Positions 10,661-21,352 are shown, numbered from the stretch's first letter. The stretch: DNA of 57,847 nt from an uncultured Thermodesulfobacteriota bacterium (GCA_964195395.1 CAXMPP010000001.1:1-57847), one strand, 5' to 3'. The notes: generated by a model not told the origin, from the letters alone. A program made the numbers and translations.

Positions 10661-10842
10661 GTGCCGTTGATTCAAGATCTGACATTTTCGACTTCGCATT
10701 TTCTCAGCAGAAAACAGCTTCATCATTCCAGTCTAAAAACTGTAAATCGCACACTTTATCAGTTAGAAACAGCTTTATCGTACTATCTGGTGTCGCCTCT
10801 GCGTAGTGTTGACTAATTTCAAATTGGCCACACTATCCGCGC

Positions 10843-11988
10843 ATGCAATTTGACACAATTATTACCCGCCGCGGAACAGGCTCCATCAAGTGGGACCGCC
10901 GCCCCGAGCTCGATCCATTTTGGGTTGCCGATATGGATTTTGTGTCGCCGCCCTGCATTTTAGACGCCGTCCAACAACGCCTATCCCATGGTGTCTTAGG
11001 CTACGCTCAAGCTCATGAAGGAATAACAGAAGCGGTGCTAGGCTATCTTCTAAACCGACATGGTGCAGCTGTCTCAGAAAATACTTTGGTGCACCTCGGT
11101 GGGCTAGTCCCAGCGCTCTCGCTCGCCGCGAGAGGATTCACCGAGCCTGGCGACAACTTGATGACTTGCACACCAGTCTACTACCCATTCCTCCATGTTG
11201 GAAAAGACGCTAAAATTGCCACCCTTGCCATCCCACATATCTATCAAGAAGGTCGATGGACTTTTGACTTCCAAGAAATGGAAAAGCAAGTTTCTAGCAA
11301 AACTAAGATCTTCATTCTCTGTAACCCACAGAACCCGCTCGGACGAAATTTCACCAAAGAAGAAGTCATCAAAGTGGCAGAATTTTGTGACCGCCACCAA
11401 CTGGTTCTCGTATCAGATGAAATCCACTGCGACTTAGTCTTAAACGAATCCGACCAAGCCTTCTTCTCTACGTTAAATCTCCCTGAAAAATTACGCCAAA
11501 AACTCATCGTCCTCCAGGCTCCAAGTAAGACGTATAACATTGCAGGCATGGGGTACGCCTTTGCGGTCATTGAGAACCTTTCCATCCGCAAGACATTCTG
11601 CACGACCCGTGGCCACACCCTCAGCGAGATCAATTGCCTCGCATTTTACGCTGCTGAAGCGGCCTACAAGCACGGTGAAACGTGGCGACTGGAACTCCTC
11701 AGTTACCTCAAAAAAAATCGTGTCACCATCACCCAATTTGTCCGCAGCGAACTTCCTGGTTGTAGCATCCCTGACATCGAAGCCACCTACCTCGCCCTCA
11801 TCGACACTCGCGGAGCTGGTATAAAAAATCCTGCGCAGTATTTAGAAAAAGACGCCCAAGTCTGGGTCAATGATGGAGCTGCCTTTGGAGCACCAGACCA
11901 CTTCCGCTTCAACTACGGTTGCCCACACACCCGGGTGCTCGAAGGCCTCGACAAAATCAAAGCCTCATTTGATCGTTACACGGGTTAG
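10843..11988 (+). CDS. PatB/MalY-family PLP C-S lyase (cystathionine beta-lyase)
   Basis: S-KWD, WVADMDF, HGVLGY, LCNPQNPLG, SDEIHCD, APSKTYNIAG, FRFNYGCP. Confidence 0.92.
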   Translation: MQFDTIITRRGTGSIKWDRRPELDPFWVADMDFVSPPCILDAVQQRLSHGVLGYAQAHEGITEAVLGYLLNRHGAAVSENTLVHLGGLVPALSLAARGFTEPGDNLMTCTPVYYPFLHVGKDAKIATLAIPHIYQEGRWTFDFQEMEKQVSSKTKIFILCNPQNPLGRNFTKEEVIKVAEFCDRHQLVLVSDEIHCDLVLNESDQAFFSTLNLPEKLRQKLIVLQAPSKTYNIAGMGYAFAVIENLSIRKTFCTTRGHTLSEINCLAFYAAEAAYKHGETWRLELLSYLKKNRVTITQFVRSELPGCSIPDIEATYLALIDTRGAGIKNPAQYLEKDAQVWVNDGAAFGAPDHFRFNYGCPHTRVLEGLDKIKASFDRYTG

Positions 11989-12069
11989 ACGACATGCCAA
12001 TTGACAGAACTCACTGAGATTTGTTAATTCTACCATCACATTCAACAAACTCTCACTCTAAATTTTCTC

Positions 12070-12795
12070 ATGCCTCCTAAGCTCAATGTTTCACTCGTCG
12101 CCCTCAATCTAGTCGGCCTACTCACACTCAACGCAGCGAGTCAAGGTGGAGCTAGCGCCGTGGATGACATCCCGTACGGAATTGAAGCAGTTGCTCAATA
12201 CCGCAGTGAATACAGCTACCGTGGATTCATCCTAGCCAAGGACACCATCGATCTCCAACTCGGAGCTCAATACGCATTCAACGACACGACGTACTTGAAT
12301 TCCACTGCTTGGTTTGGCTCTGAAATTGGAGACGGTGACTTTACCGAAGGCGGATTGCGAGCAAACTTGCTCAAAGATCTGGGCGCAATGACGTATTCAC
12401 TCTCTGGAACCTATCGTTCCTACTCCAATACTTTTTTTGAAGATGGCGCAAACATAGAGGTTGCAGCAATCTATCACTTCAATCAGCTTATCGATTTTTC
12501 TGGCAGAATCGCCTACGATACTGGAGCCGAAGGCTGGTACGCTAATTTTGAAACCAATTACTACCATCGACTCAACGACGATTCCTACTTCAACTTCTCT
12601 GGAGGTATCAGCGCCGTCGACAGCTACTATCTCAGAGATGGACTCAACGACGTTTTTGCCAAGCTCAGTTACACATACAACATCAACCAAAGCGTCTCCG
12701 TCAGCCCCTATCTCGGCAGCTCGATACTACTAGATGAAGACGACTTTGGCAGTGACAGTCTCTATGCTGGCATCTATTTTGCGGTAAGCTTCTAA
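12070..12795 (+). CDS. Probable outer-membrane beta-barrel protein
   Basis: Signal peptide, Y-S-Y-YRG motif, alternating aromatic strands, C-terminal Phe. Confidence 0.75.
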   Translation: MPPKLNVSLVALNLVGLLTLNAASQGGASAVDDIPYGIEAVAQYRSEYSYRGFILAKDTIDLQLGAQYAFNDTTYLNSTAWFGSEIGDGDFTEGGLRANLLKDLGAMTYSLSGTYRSYSNTFFEDGANIEVAAIYHFNQLIDFSGRIAYDTGAEGWYANFETNYYHRLNDDSYFNFSGGISAVDSYYLRDGLNDVFAKLSYTYNINQSVSVSPYLGSSILLDEDDFGSDSLYAGIYFAVSF

Positions 12796-12815
12796 ACGAT
12801 CAATTCCACATACTT

Positions 12816-13331
12816 ATGACTCGCGTTTTCATCATTCTCCCTCTCATCGTGCTTTCCTACTTCGGAATCACATTCTTGGTAGAGAAAATGAACCCAGACG
12901 TGAAAGCAATGTCTGCCACTCCTAGGATAACCGGCACCAAGCTACACACCAACGGGCTTCCGGACCAAATCATAGGGACATTCAAAATCGACCGCGAGCC
13001 CTCAGAAGCATGGCTTCGCAACCAAGATAACCTCGATGCCGATTCGAGAATTTACTTCTCTAGCCTGCATACGAACCAAACACAGTTCACCTTCGATGGC
13101 CAGACCATCTGGTTCATCGATCAAATTGCTGACATCCCTGTTGAAATCATCTCTAATGATGGGAAGACCGTAAAACTAAAAATGCTAGATCCGGGCAGTG
13201 AACACAAAGGATCTCATACATTTTTCCTCCAAGCTGAAGCCAATGGCAAAGTCTGGTATAGTAACTATAGCCACCTCGAAGATGGCCAAAAAATGCTCTA
13301 CAGAGCTCGCTATACAAAAGTTGTAGAGTAA
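12816..13331 (+). CDS. Hypothetical protein with N-terminal membrane anchor
   Basis: 171-aa ORF, ATG start 20 bp after the previous gene, hydrophobic N-terminus. Confidence 0.7.
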   Translation: MTRVFIILPLIVLSYFGITFLVEKMNPDVKAMSATPRITGTKLHTNGLPDQIIGTFKIDREPSEAWLRNQDNLDADSRIYFSSLHTNQTQFTFDGQTIWFIDQIADIPVEIISNDGKTVKLKMLDPGSEHKGSHTFFLQAEANGKVWYSNYSHLEDGQKMLYRARYTKVVE

Positions 13332-14771
13332 CTACACCTCAGCATCCAGCCACTTACCGCGGAAATGGACACCGACAAAAACGACGGCTTGTACAATGAG
13401 GTCGAGCATCATCACTAACCATACCTTAGTGAGCGTCATTTGATCACCAAAGTATTGGAAAGTTGCGGCCAATAATCCCACACGAAACACAAGCATTATA
13501 CCGAAGGAAAACGCCATGACTGACACCGTGGCCCCGGCTCCTCGCATGGACATTTTCATGACCATGGCCGTAGCAAAGAAAGGCTGCACCCAGCCGACAT
13601 AACGGATAACCTCCACCGCCATCTCAGCTTGCGCGCCTCCTCCAGGGCTCATGATTCTGACTAACTCTGGCGCAAAAACGACGAGGCCGAGGCCAATCGC
13701 CCCCATCACGACCATTGCAACGCACCAACACACTCGTACGGCATGCGCAGCTCCAGCCTTCGATTTCGCTCCTAGGTATTGTCCAGCCAACGTAGAAGCA
13801 GCCATACCTAGAGCAAAGCCAGGCATAAAGCTGATAGATTCTATTTGGACAACCATGCCATGCGCACCCAGAGCTCCTTCAGCCTTCAGTCTATTGGCCA
13901 CCATCCACACACCAAAGGCATGAATCGACCACATGCCAATAATCTCAATCAACTGAGGCAGCCCAACGCGGACAATCCGCCTCCCTACACTCCAATCCCA
14001 ACGAAGCAATGCTGCCTTCAACTCGACAACGGGCTGGCTTCTTTTACTCGGCCGCATAGCGCGCAAAATCATAATCACGCCAACCGCCCAACCACCAAAA
14101 GTACCCCAAGCGAGTCCGGTAATTCCCATTTTTTCTGGTGGCATCACTGAGGTCATAAACCAGACACTCAGTAAAACATTAACTACATTCACAACAGTCA
14201 TCGATGCGAAGGGAGTTTTGGTGTCACCTCCAGCTCGCATACAAGAGTTACAAACAAATAAAACACCACTCAAGGGAGACGAGTAGGCGATGATCCGAAG
14301 GTATTGTAGAGCATACTCATTCGCCAGCCCTTCTAAGCCAAAAAAACGCGTGAGAACAGGAGCCAGGCACCAAACCATCACACCTGACAACACACCACTT
14401 ATTGCACCTAACATTATCGATTGGCCAGTTGCTCTCTCAGTCAAAGGTAGATCGTGAGCACCAAATGCCCTAGAAACCAAAGCTTGTGCTCCGGTAGCAA
14501 TAGCTCCTTGTAAAATCATCATCAACCACGCGACATACATCGCTAATCCCATCGCATCAAAGACGGCACTCTGAGCCTCTGCTCCCATCGTATTACCTGC
14601 GATAATTCGGTCAGCAAAGCTCACCATTGTTCCCATGATGTTTTGCAAGAATGGCCAGAGCGCTAGCGAGATAATTTGCTTCCTCAGCGAAAGCCCCGCA
14701 AGCATGCCACCCAATTCCACATCAACTTTTTTGCCTGTAGGAGGTTCAATCTGGTTTGCGGTATTACTCAT
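13332..14771 (-). CDS. MATE family efflux transporter
   Basis: About 12 hydrophobic segments; RAGGDTKTP, SFMPGFAL, GQYLGA; start reassigned to ATG 14771 (or 14777). Confidence 0.9.
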   Translation of the reverse strand: MSNTANQIEPPTGKKVDVELGGMLAGLSLRKQIISLALWPFLQNIMGTMVSFADRIIAGNTMGAEAQSAVFDAMGLAMYVAWLMMILQGAIATGAQALVSRAFGAHDLPLTERATGQSIMLGAISGVLSGVMVWCLAPVLTRFFGLEGLANEYALQYLRIIAYSSPLSGVLFVCNSCMRAGGDTKTPFASMTVVNVVNVLLSVWFMTSVMPPEKMGITGLAWGTFGGWAVGVIMILRAMRPSKRSQPVVELKAALLRWDWSVGRRIVRVGLPQLIEIIGMWSIHAFGVWMVANRLKAEGALGAHGMVVQIESISFMPGFALGMAASTLAGQYLGAKSKAGAAHAVRVCWCVAMVVMGAIGLGLVVFAPELVRIMSPGGGAQAEMAVEVIRYVGWVQPFFATAMVMKMSMRGAGATVSVMAFSFGIMLVFRVGLLAATFQYFGDQMTLTKVWLVMMLDLIVQAVVFVGVHFRGKWLDAEV

Positions 14772-14904
14772 AAGCATTCTCTCGCTAGAGATAAAGGAAT
14801 TCAAAGTAACCACGCTAGCTAACAATTCAAATGTAATGCAGAATAAATCTAGAAATCCCCCTTTCCCTGTCACTGTTTCACGCTTACTTTGGCTTCGTAA
14901 TTCG

Positions 14905-15465
14905 ATGCAAATCCCCAACAACCAAGTACCTGAAGACAACCTTAGCAACAATCTGTTGATTGCTGACCCTTCCCTGCGCGACGGTTGCTTTGGTCGAAGC
15001 GTCATTTACATGCTCGAGCACGCTCCCAATCAAGGTTCAACCGGTCTTATTCTTAACCATCCTACGGGGAAATCCGTTGCCCAATTGATCTCATCTGACG
15101 CTTTCTCTAAACTCGCTCAACTGCCAGTGAGTTACGGTGGCCCAGTGGAGAGCGATCAACTCCATTTTGCTATCTTTGAATGGAGCAACAACTCACTCAA
15201 CTGCCACACAAAAATTTCCGCCGAACAAGCCGCCGCCGCGATGCAACAACGTGGTAAGTTAGTCCGCGCCTTTGTTGGACACTCAGGATGGACGGCCGGT
15301 CAACTGCATGAGGAATTGGAAAAGTATGCCTGGATCACCGCTTACAGCAGGCAAGCCACACTCAGTCACCTACTTGACGAGAATTTCTGGGCTGAATCAC
15401 TGCAAGGAATATCTCCATTCCATCACATTCTCTCTCTCACTCCTGAAAACCCATTTTTAAACTAA
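14905..15465 (+). CDS. YqgE/AlgH (DUF179) family protein
   Basis: LLIA-P-L-D--F-RSVIY--EH---GS-GLILN, GGPV, GHSGW-AGQL--E. Confidence 0.9.
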   Translation: MQIPNNQVPEDNLSNNLLIADPSLRDGCFGRSVIYMLEHAPNQGSTGLILNHPTGKSVAQLISSDAFSKLAQLPVSYGGPVESDQLHFAIFEWSNNSLNCHTKISAEQAAAAMQQRGKLVRAFVGHSGWTAGQLHEELEKYAWITAYSRQATLSHLLDENFWAESLQGISPFHHILSLTPENPFLN

Positions 15466-15466
15466 C

Positions 15467-15919
15467 ATGCGCGTAGTTATACAACGAGTCTCCTCAGCAT
15501 CAGTCACTCTCGGTGGCGAGATCAGTGGTGAAATTGCCGCTGGCTTTCTCATCCTTCTAGGGATTGAAACTGAGGACACGGCAGAAGACATCGATTGGCT
15601 CACTGGTAAAATCTCTAAGATACGTATTTTTGAGGACTCCGTAGGACTGATGAACAAGTCGTTAACTGACATCAAAGGCTCGGTGCTCGTCGTGTCTCAG
15701 TTCACACTCCATGCCAACACAAAAAAAGGCAACCGCCCGTCCTTCATTCGCGCCGCACGCCCAGAACAGGCCGAACCAATGTATCAGACATTTCTGCACC
15801 AATTAGGAGAACGGATTGGAAGCCCCTGCCAATCGGGTGAATTTGGTGCATACATGCAAGTTTCACTCGTCAATGACGGTCCAGTCACCATTATCATCGA
15901 CAGTAAGAATCGCGAATAA
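15467..15919 (+). CDS. dtd: D-aminoacyl-tRNA deacylase
   Basis: MRVVIQRV, SQFTL, GNRPSF, GEFGA-MQV-LVNDGPVT. Confidence 0.97.
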   Translation: MRVVIQRVSSASVTLGGEISGEIAAGFLILLGIETEDTAEDIDWLTGKISKIRIFEDSVGLMNKSLTDIKGSVLVVSQFTLHANTKKGNRPSFIRAARPEQAEPMYQTFLHQLGERIGSPCQSGEFGAYMQVSLVNDGPVTIIIDSKNRE

Positions 15920-15922
15920 ACC

Positions 15923-16348
15923 ATGCTTACAAACGAGCCCATTTCGATCCAATTCATAATCCCCGCCACCGACCACTTAGGAAAAAATGAGGTTGAGGGG
16001 AAAATCCGCTTTCTAGCGGAGAGTGTAGAGCTGGACTGGAGACTCAAAGGCAATGTCTTCCGTGGTGGCCAACAAGAGGTAGAAACCATCACCCTCGACT
16101 ACGGCGAGATCGAACACGTTGAACTCAAAAAACGTTGGTGGAAACTGAGCCAAATCATCTTGCGCATCTCCAACCCCGCTTTGGTAGAAGCTATTCCCGG
16201 CATCGAAATGGGTAAAATGACCTTAGAGATTGATGCTCGATCACGTGATGAAGCAAAAAAACTAGGCTCATTGATCGACTTCAAACGATCCATTTTCCTA
16301 GTGGACCAACAAACTAAACGATTAGAGGCAATGAGCCGAGAACTCTAA
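15923..16348 (+). CDS. Hypothetical protein
   Basis: 141-aa ORF 3 bp downstream of dtd. Confidence 0.75.
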   Translation: MLTNEPISIQFIIPATDHLGKNEVEGKIRFLAESVELDWRLKGNVFRGGQQEVETITLDYGEIEHVELKKRWWKLSQIILRISNPALVEAIPGIEMGKMTLEIDARSRDEAKKLGSLIDFKRSIFLVDQQTKRLEAMSREL

Positions 16349-16710
16349 GCCGTCTTTTTAAGTTTTCTTCTGTAGGCGGCAGGAGTCACTCCCATCCGTT
16401 TTTTGAAAACTCGGGTAAAGTGGGCCTGATCTGAAAACCCACTCTCGGAGGCAACTTCAGCCAAGGACACACCATCCTTTGGCATCAGCGATAAAGCCTT
16501 CTCTAATCGCATTGTAGTCAAATACTTATGCGGTGAGTGTCCCGTCGTTTTTTTGAAACTTCGAGCAAAATGGAAAGTCGACATATTGGACTCAGATGCC
16601 AAGTCTTCCACATAAATTGGTGAATGGAGTTTTCCCCACATATAGTCGGTTAAGCGCTTCAGCAATGGCTTGCTAAGCTCTCTTCCTTGGGGTGTTTTCT
16701 CATCACTCAT
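16345..16710 (-). CDS. AraC-family regulator, DNA-binding domain only
   Basis: LA---MS-FHF-R-FK--TG-SP and GFSDQAHFTRVFKK-MG-TP. Confidence 0.92.
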   Translation of the reverse strand: MSDEKTPQGRELSKPLLKRLTDYMWGKLHSPIYVEDLASESNMSTFHFARSFKKTTGHSPHKYLTTMRLEKALSLMPKDGVSLAEVASESGFSDQAHFTRVFKKRMGVTPAAYRRKLKKTA

Positions 16711-16875
16711 AGTTTAACTTATTATCTCTTATTTCCTCAGCACAATGCTAGCCTGTTAGGACTTCACGCTATGGATTGGCTAAGAGACTAAAGATGAATT
16801 GAGTAGACGACCAGCACTAAGTTGTAACAGACGTATGATTACCTTCACCAAAGCGAGGACCAAACAAGTTTTGAG

Positions 16876-18123
16876 CTAGAGTTTCTCAGGAGACTCCAGC
16901 AGCTCAGCAACCCGATTCAGCACTCTCCCAGCATCACCACCATCGATGACTCTGTGGTCAAATGTTAAATTAAGTTCGGCTTCAATGACTGGAATGAAAG
17001 CTCCCACTTGGTCAGACCACACTGGTTTTTTCACACCAGCGCTGATTCCAAGAATGAGTGTTTCGTTTGGCAACGGTATGGGCGTCCCCCAGGTAAGGCC
17101 GAATGTACCAAAGTTTGTCACAGTTGCGATACCACCTCTGATGTGTTCATCGGTAAGGCGACGAGCTCGGGCTAATTCTACGAGTTCACCATAATCGTTA
17201 GACAACTCCTTCACTGATTTCGTATCAACATCGCGAACCACGGGCACCATTACTCCATCATTCACCTGCACGGCTAGTCCTATATCAAAGGCTCTAGGGT
17301 GAACGATTCGTCCACCAATAAGATAACCTGCAGCTTCCGGATTCTCAGCTAACGCCAAAGCAAAAGCCCTCAGGACATAAAGAGTTAAACCAGGTTTAGG
17401 AACTTGTGCAGAGCGATGGGCTAAGAGCGCATCCATCACGATAGGACGTCCCACAGTTGCCAACGGTCGCGACCAGGAACGGCGCATCGCATCTGCAACA
17501 GCCAAACGCATTGGCGAAGCTGCGGACGATGGCCACGCGCTGATGTAGTCTAGAAACTTTTCTAAATCGGCAACTGTCACACGCCCACCTGCACCACTGC
17601 CATTGATTGCTGAGATGTCAGCAGCTTGCAGACCGAGTTCATTCATCCGTGCCCGCATACGTGGAGAAATATAGTGCGCCCCTTTGTTTCCCATCGGCAC
17701 AGGTAATCCTTGAACATTCGGCTCTATAGCCTTTGGTTCGAAGTACCCTCCGCCTTCGGTCTTGAAATGAAGGTTTGCTTCTTCGTTAGCTCCTGTAACA
17801 GACTCGGAGCCAAGGTGATGCGATTGATCTTCGTCTTTATCCTGCTGGACTGTGCTCACACCAGTTCGCTCAATTTCCGCATCAGTGACTTCAATCACGC
17901 CCAACACGCTACCCACAGCATAACTCACCCCTTCTTCAAGGCAAAGCTCTTTGATAACCCCACCACAAAGAGTCGGAACACTCATAGTGGCCTTGTTAGT
18001 CTCCACCTCAATAAGGTCTTGCTCGGCCTCTATGGAGTCACCAATCGCCACATTGATTTTGACGATGGTTGCTTCGGCGATCGATTCGCCGAGCTGAGGC
18101 ATGACAATAGGTACTTCAGGCAT
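16876..18123 (-). CDS. 2-oxoacid dehydrogenase E2 (dihydrolipoamide acyltransferase)
   Basis: MPQLGES lipoyl domain (VETNKA), GSGAGGRVT E3-binding motif, DHRVIDG. Confidence 0.92.
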   Translation of the reverse strand: MPEVPIVMPQLGESIAEATIVKINVAIGDSIEAEQDLIEVETNKATMSVPTLCGGVIKELCLEEGVSYAVGSVLGVIEVTDAEIERTGVSTVQQDKDEDQSHHLGSESVTGANEEANLHFKTEGGGYFEPKAIEPNVQGLPVPMGNKGAHYISPRMRARMNELGLQAADISAINGSGAGGRVTVADLEKFLDYISAWPSSAASPMRLAVADAMRRSWSRPLATVGRPIVMDALLAHRSAQVPKPGLTLYVLRAFALALAENPEAAGYLIGGRIVHPRAFDIGLAVQVNDGVMVPVVRDVDTKSVKELSNDYGELVELARARRLTDEHIRGGIATVTNFGTFGLTWGTPIPLPNETLILGISAGVKKPVWSDQVGAFIPVIEAELNLTFDHRVIDGGDAGRVLNRVAELLESPEKL

Positions 18124-18141
18124 GATTTTTTATCTAAATGA

Positions 18142-19110
18142 TTAGTAAGCTAGGAGATTTCTTAGAGCCTCACAAATCGACTCAGGTGTAGGACGGTGCA
18201 TCGCCCATAATTTGGGATGGTAAGGAACTGGTGTGTCTTTTGCATTGAGGCGCATTGGCGGAGCATCGAGCAAATGAAAGCCTTCAGCACAGACGCGTGA
18301 AACCACCTCAGCAGTCACACCTCCCCACGGGAATGCTTCACCAAGCGCTAGTATGCGCCCAGTTCTGGCAACAGATGCCACCACAGTATCTATATCGAGA
18401 GGTTTCACTGAGCGCAAGTCAACGACTTCAATCTCCCAGCCACCTTCCTTATAGAGCATTTCAGCAGCACGCACGGCCTCATGCACCATGGCACTATAGG
18501 TAACCACTGTCGCATGTTTTCCACTGCGGGTGATCCGAGCTTTACCAATAGGTAAATTGTCCCCTTCATAGTCTTCACTTTTCAGCCAACGGTAAAGAAA
18601 TTTGTGCTCACAATAGATGACTGGATCGTCTAGATCGACAGACTGGAGTAACATCGAGTATGCATCAGCCACGGTTGCCGGCGTTACGACGACAGTACCG
18701 GGGTAATGCGCGTAGATGCATTCCATGCTTTGACTATGGAATGGCCCTGAACCTGGAGTTCCGCCAGATGGCAAGCGCACAACAATCGGCACAGGAATCC
18801 CCGTACGATAGTAGTGAGTCGCTGCTTGGTTGACAATCTGGTTGAATGCCACCGAGGAAAAATCCGCAAATTGCATTTCCACGATCGGTCGCATGCCTTC
18901 AATCGCTGCGCCGACGGCCATACCAATCATTGCGTCTTCGCTAATAGGTGCGTCGAGTACCCTGTCAGGCCATTGCTCTTGAAGCCCTTTTGTCGCCTTG
19001 AATGCGCCGCCAAACTTGCCGATATCTTGGCCGTAGAGAAAAACCTTAGGGTTATCTGCTAGGGCTTTCTCCTGGGCGTCGCGGATCGCATCGATGTAAG
19101 TAACTGCCAT
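18142..19110 (-). CDS. 2-oxoacid dehydrogenase E1 beta subunit
   Basis: GQDIG-FGGAF, DAPISE, EMQFADF, HSQS-E, DPV---EHK. Confidence 0.95.
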   Translation of the reverse strand: MAVTYIDAIRDAQEKALADNPKVFLYGQDIGKFGGAFKATKGLQEQWPDRVLDAPISEDAMIGMAVGAAIEGMRPIVEMQFADFSSVAFNQIVNQAATHYYRTGIPVPIVVRLPSGGTPGSGPFHSQSMECIYAHYPGTVVVTPATVADAYSMLLQSVDLDDPVIYCEHKFLYRWLKSEDYEGDNLPIGKARITRSGKHATVVTYSAMVHEAVRAAEMLYKEGGWEIEVVDLRSVKPLDIDTVVASVARTGRILALGEAFPWGGVTAEVVSRVCAEGFHLLDAPPMRLNAKDTPVPYHPKLWAMHRPTPESICEALRNLLAY

Positions 19111-19122
19111 GCTTTTTTAAAT

Positions 19123-20145
19123 TTATTGAAGTCCTTTAAGGCTAGGGCTAGCGATTGCCGACCACTCTTCTTTATACGGATTAGGTCCATCCTCTCGTTG
19201 AGCTACAGCCACAGCTTCTTGAGCTTCAGCATTGAAGTCGACCATCCATTTTGAATATTCCTCATCAGTCAGCCATCCTTTCTCTATGAGTTGCAGCCTA
19301 CCGACTTCGTTACAGTCACGACCGTATCGACCATCTCTGATTTCAGTGGGCACATAAGAGCCATCGTCATGTTCACCATGACCAGAAAGCCTTAGAAGCT
19401 TGGCAACAATGAGCTGAGGCCCCTCTCCTCTACGCGCAGCTGCCACAGCATTTCCGATCACCGAGACACACTCTAACATATCTGTACCATCCACACTATG
19501 ACCTTCTAGGCCATAGCCTTTAGCTCGATCTATCAAATTTTCACAGGCGTATTGCCTATCATTCGGAGTCGAATAGGCGAACTGATTATCCGCGATAATC
19601 ACGACCATAGGTAAACGCTCCACTGCAATAAAATTGAGTCCTTCGTGAAAGGCGCCTGTAGAGGTCGCTCCATCACCCACACAAGTAGCACCGACGCAAC
19701 CGTCGAGTTCGCCCTTGATCCGCTTTGCCAACAAAATACCACCAACCTGCGCAACCGCCGCTCCGAGGTGACTAATCATGGCTAGGAGCCCCTCAGTCGG
19801 TCGACCACGGTGGAGGTTGCCGTCGCGCCCACGCATAGGCCCCTTCGCAGAACCTAAATAGGTCCGAGTCGCATCGAGAGGGTCTTCACCAAAAGCCGTA
19901 CGACCTGCTTGATCTCGAATCAATGGAGCAAACACATCCTCACCCCAAGTGAGACAAGCTCCTAGGGACGCCGAAACAGCCTCTTGCCCCTTTCCAATGT
20001 ACACACCTCCAACGATTTTCCCAGCTTTGTAGAGGTTACTTAGCTTGGTTTCTAAAACACGCGCCCGCAGCATTGCACGAAAGACATCACGTGCATGATC
20101 TTCGCTGAGTTCTCTGTTTGGCGTGCTAATCGTTTGCTCAGTCAC
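19123..20145 (-). CDS. 2-oxoacid dehydrogenase E1 alpha subunit
   Basis: GQEA, TPP motif GDGATSTG...DNQFA, R--GHGEHD. Confidence 0.93.
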   Translation of the reverse strand: MTEQTISTPNRELSEDHARDVFRAMLRARVLETKLSNLYKAGKIVGGVYIGKGQEAVSASLGACLTWGEDVFAPLIRDQAGRTAFGEDPLDATRTYLGSAKGPMRGRDGNLHRGRPTEGLLAMISHLGAAVAQVGGILLAKRIKGELDGCVGATCVGDGATSTGAFHEGLNFIAVERLPMVVIIADNQFAYSTPNDRQYACENLIDRAKGYGLEGHSVDGTDMLECVSVIGNAVAAARRGEGPQLIVAKLLRLSGHGEHDDGSYVPTEIRDGRYGRDCNEVGRLQLIEKGWLTDEEYSKWMVDFNAEAQEAVAVAQREDGPNPYKEEWSAIASPSLKGLQ

Positions 20146-20419
20146 AAGGGGAGTCTATAGGGACGATCTCAGATCTAGCAATAGGTTTCTGGCGAGGAGA
20201 TTTATTTTCTTAAGAAATGCTTAGTAATACTTTTAGAGAAGTGCTCATTTTAGCTCTAGCAACAGCCACAGATAACCTCTCCAGTCAGTATTTTCAGATG
20301 AAAAATAGTTTTCAGTTCTTCTAACTTTTTGGTTGTCGATTTCTAAAAACCTCCTCATAAAATCGGCGACTTCAACCGAAGCTCTAAATTCACCTCATCA
20401 ATTACTCCTTTCACATACT

Positions 20420-21334
20420 ATGAAACCTACTCTCCTCGTTCTAGCAGCAGGCATGGGCAGCCGATACGGCGGTCTGAAACAGATGGATCCAATGGGTCCT
20501 AACGGTGAGACTGTGCTTGATTATTCAGTCTACGATGCGATTCGTGCTGGTTTTGGCCGTGTGGTATTCATCATTCGTGAAGAGTTTGCTGACAGCTTTA
20601 AAGTCCGGGTTGGCCACAAGTTCGCTCACAAAATCGAAGTTGACTATGCATTCCAGGACCTCAACGATTTACCAGAAGGCTTCAGCCTCCCAGAAGGCCG
20701 GGTTAAACCATGGGGCACCACTCACGCGATTCTTGCCGCACGTAATTTAATGGACGCGCCGTTTGCAGTGATCAATGCCGATGATTTCTACGGTTCTGAC
20801 TCCTTCCAGCAAATCGCTTCCTACTTCACCGAAACTGCGAAATCCAGTGACAGCGTCGACCACTACTGCATGGTTGGCTACAAGCTAGAAAACACACTTT
20901 CCGATCACGGCAACGTAAACCGAGGTATTTGCTCCGACTCCGATGGCTTCCTCAACAAGGTGGAAGAGCACCTCGACATCGAACTTGAACCCGACGGCGC
21001 GTGCCGTGGTGAAAACCTCGCAGGCGACCGTGTAGAGCTTCCCGTTGACTCCATCGCGTCCATGAACTTCTGGGGATTCCCTCCAAACATCATGAAAGAC
21101 CTTGAAAAAAACTTCACCCAGTTTCTCAAGGAACGTGGCACAGAAATGAAGTCTGAGTGTTACATCCCGACTGATGTCGATACGATGATCAAGTCTGGCA
21201 AGGCTGACTGCAACATCCTCGAAACCTCTAGTCTCTGGTTCGGCGTCACTTATCCGCAGGATAAAGACATGTGTGTCGCCAGCATCACAAAGCTCGTAGA
21301 GCAAGGTGAATACCCTGCTAATCTCTGGGGCTAG
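20420..21334 (+). CDS. Sugar-phosphate nucleotidyltransferase family protein
   Basis: LAAGMGSRYGGLKQ, KPWGT, INADDFYG, WFGVTY. Confidence 0.92.
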   Translation: MKPTLLVLAAGMGSRYGGLKQMDPMGPNGETVLDYSVYDAIRAGFGRVVFIIREEFADSFKVRVGHKFAHKIEVDYAFQDLNDLPEGFSLPEGRVKPWGTTHAILAARNLMDAPFAVINADDFYGSDSFQQIASYFTETAKSSDSVDHYCMVGYKLENTLSDHGNVNRGICSDSDGFLNKVEEHLDIELEPDGACRGENLAGDRVELPVDSIASMNFWGFPPNIMKDLEKNFTQFLKERGTEMKSECYIPTDVDTMIKSGKADCNILETSSLWFGVTYPQDKDMCVASITKLVEQGEYPANLWG

Positions 21335-21352
21335 ACCATCACCTCTTGTATC

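Noticed and set aside
14635-15005. Apparent 370-bp overlap of MATE and YqgE ORFs on opposite strands
   Set aside because: Artefact of longest-ORF starts; family motifs begin near 14771 (-) and 14905 (+), leaving a normal divergent spacer
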